64,000 nucleotides of DNA from a virus: the IMG/VR virus record IMGVR_UViG_3300027743_000025, positions 22,174 through 86,173 of that record. One strand, 5' to 3'. The position numbers were made by a program, and so were the translations under genes. The notes below the pieces were generated by a model, which had not been told where the DNA came from, did no database searches, and worked only from the letters and a program-made list of their open reading frames with translations. Positions 63,109 through 64,000 of the stretch are shown in pieces (positions within the stretch are counted from its first letter, which is position 1; the number at the start of each line of letters is the position of its first letter).

Positions 63109-63573
63109 CTATCTATCACCTCCCCCGACACTCCTCTCCAGTCTATACCGCTCCAGAGCACGCAAACGCCCACACGTTCTGCATTCACGTTTCCCGTTCG
63201 GCCTGATATAAAGGTTAGCTCCGAGGTATGGATGCCCCTGCGGGCAATGTGTTCTATCCGCATATCCGTTGCGGTGTCGTCCCAGCTCTACCATGTCTTC
63301 CATGTTGGATTTATGCGTCCCGGGAGTTAGGTGTCCTGGGTTGACACAGTGCCTATTAAGGCATCTATGTCGGGTTTCCAGCTCCAGTGGAAACGGCACT
63401 CCAGCCTCTATTTCCCAGGCCACGCGATGTGCCAAGGCAGCCCGGCCGAGCAACCCGAACCTTCCGTATCCTTCGCGATCTGTATAGGCCAACCAGGGCC
63501 AACATTCGTCCGGCCCCCGCACGTCGACCTTGGCCCAAAATCTGCGCTCGGCCTTCTCGTCATACAGCGTCAC
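63109..63573 (-). CDS. HNH endonuclease with C-terminal Zn domain
   Basis: RFWAKVDVRGPDECWPW, AHRVAW, HRCLNRHCVNPGH, CPQGH...CRTC; GTG 7 nt after TATACT. Confidence 0.9.
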   Translation of the reverse strand: MTLYDEKAERRFWAKVDVRGPDECWPWLAYTDREGYGRFGLLGRAALAHRVAWEIEAGVPFPLELETRHRCLNRHCVNPGHLTPGTHKSNMEDMVELGRHRNGYADRTHCPQGHPYLGANLYIRPNGKRECRTCGRLRALERYRLERSVGGGDR

Positions 63574-63592
63574 GGGCCGTAGTATACCGAGC

Positions 63593-63946
63593 ATGGTCAT
63601 ACTGAATACCGATCTTAGGGTCGGAGACCGCATTTGGGTGCGCGGCCCGAACGACTGGGAAGTCACCAAGATCGCATGGATCGCTGACAACAAGCTGACG
63701 CTATGTGACAACCAGGGCCGCTACTTCGTCACCCTTGAGACGAACCCTGTGTCAACCGGGTTCACGCGGCAGCTGGCCATGGTGCACTTCATCGACGGCT
63801 CGAAGCTGGCCATCCTGGTCTGCTCGATCGGCGTTCAGGAGACCCGCGAAGGTGGCTATGAGCTGGTCTACCGGACCCCGACCGGGGAAGAGGAGCGCAC
63901 CCCCCGCGATGTCGTTCGCTCCATCACGTTCGGGGACCAGTCTTGA
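63593..63946 (+). CDS. hypothetical protein (SH3-like, DLRVGD)
   Basis: ATG 7 nt after TAGTAT; divergent from the HNH gene. Confidence 0.65.
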   Translation: MVILNTDLRVGDRIWVRGPNDWEVTKIAWIADNKLTLCDNQGRYFVTLETNPVSTGFTRQLAMVHFIDGSKLAILVCSIGVQETREGGYELVYRTPTGEEERTPRDVVRSITFGDQS

Positions 63947-64000
63947 GCATCACTCCCTACCCTGAACCACCCGTGAACGTCCGCGCTGAGATGCGTGACG

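Noticed and set aside
1-64000. Prophage or temperate lifestyle markers
   Set aside because: No integrase, ParAB, recognisable CI-like repressor or host genes in the window; such genes, and the primase, could lie outside it

Overview
The window is most of the genome of a high-GC actinobacteriophage (siphovirus-type), probably lytic: no integrase, recognisable repressor, tRNA or CRISPR array is visible. Minus-strand virion arm (about 59015 to 18822): short fibre and collagen genes, terminase, MuF-like protein, portal, a 2745-aa multi-domain protein, a zeta-toxin-domain protein, capsid maturation protease, major capsid, major tail, connector genes, frameshifted tail chaperone, tape measure, minor tails, a pentamer-like/PKD protein and a DUF1906 lysin. 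Minus-strand replication arm (13553 to 5697): Cas4-like exonuclease, AAA_24 ATPase, DUF669 SSB, PolA, RuvC-like resolvase and SF2 helicase. Clusters of small accessory genes and HNH genes flank these arms. Most notable observations: (1) a (CC)GGTTGACA(C) box with about 68 exact 8-mer copies counted by eye, in both orientations and often written with rare codons inside genes. It doubles as the -35 element and is repeated 10 bp downstream in at least seven promoters. (2) Head-region polyproteins carry 2H-phosphoesterase, kinase and zeta-toxin domains, and in two of them an HPRxxxGxF tag directly follows a putative V-x-A-A cleavage site. (3) A tandem pair of unannotated 27-28 aa hydrophobic peptide genes, each with its own terminator. 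(4) A structured non-coding region at about 1734-1913. All calls come from motif recognition by eye; no database searches were run.
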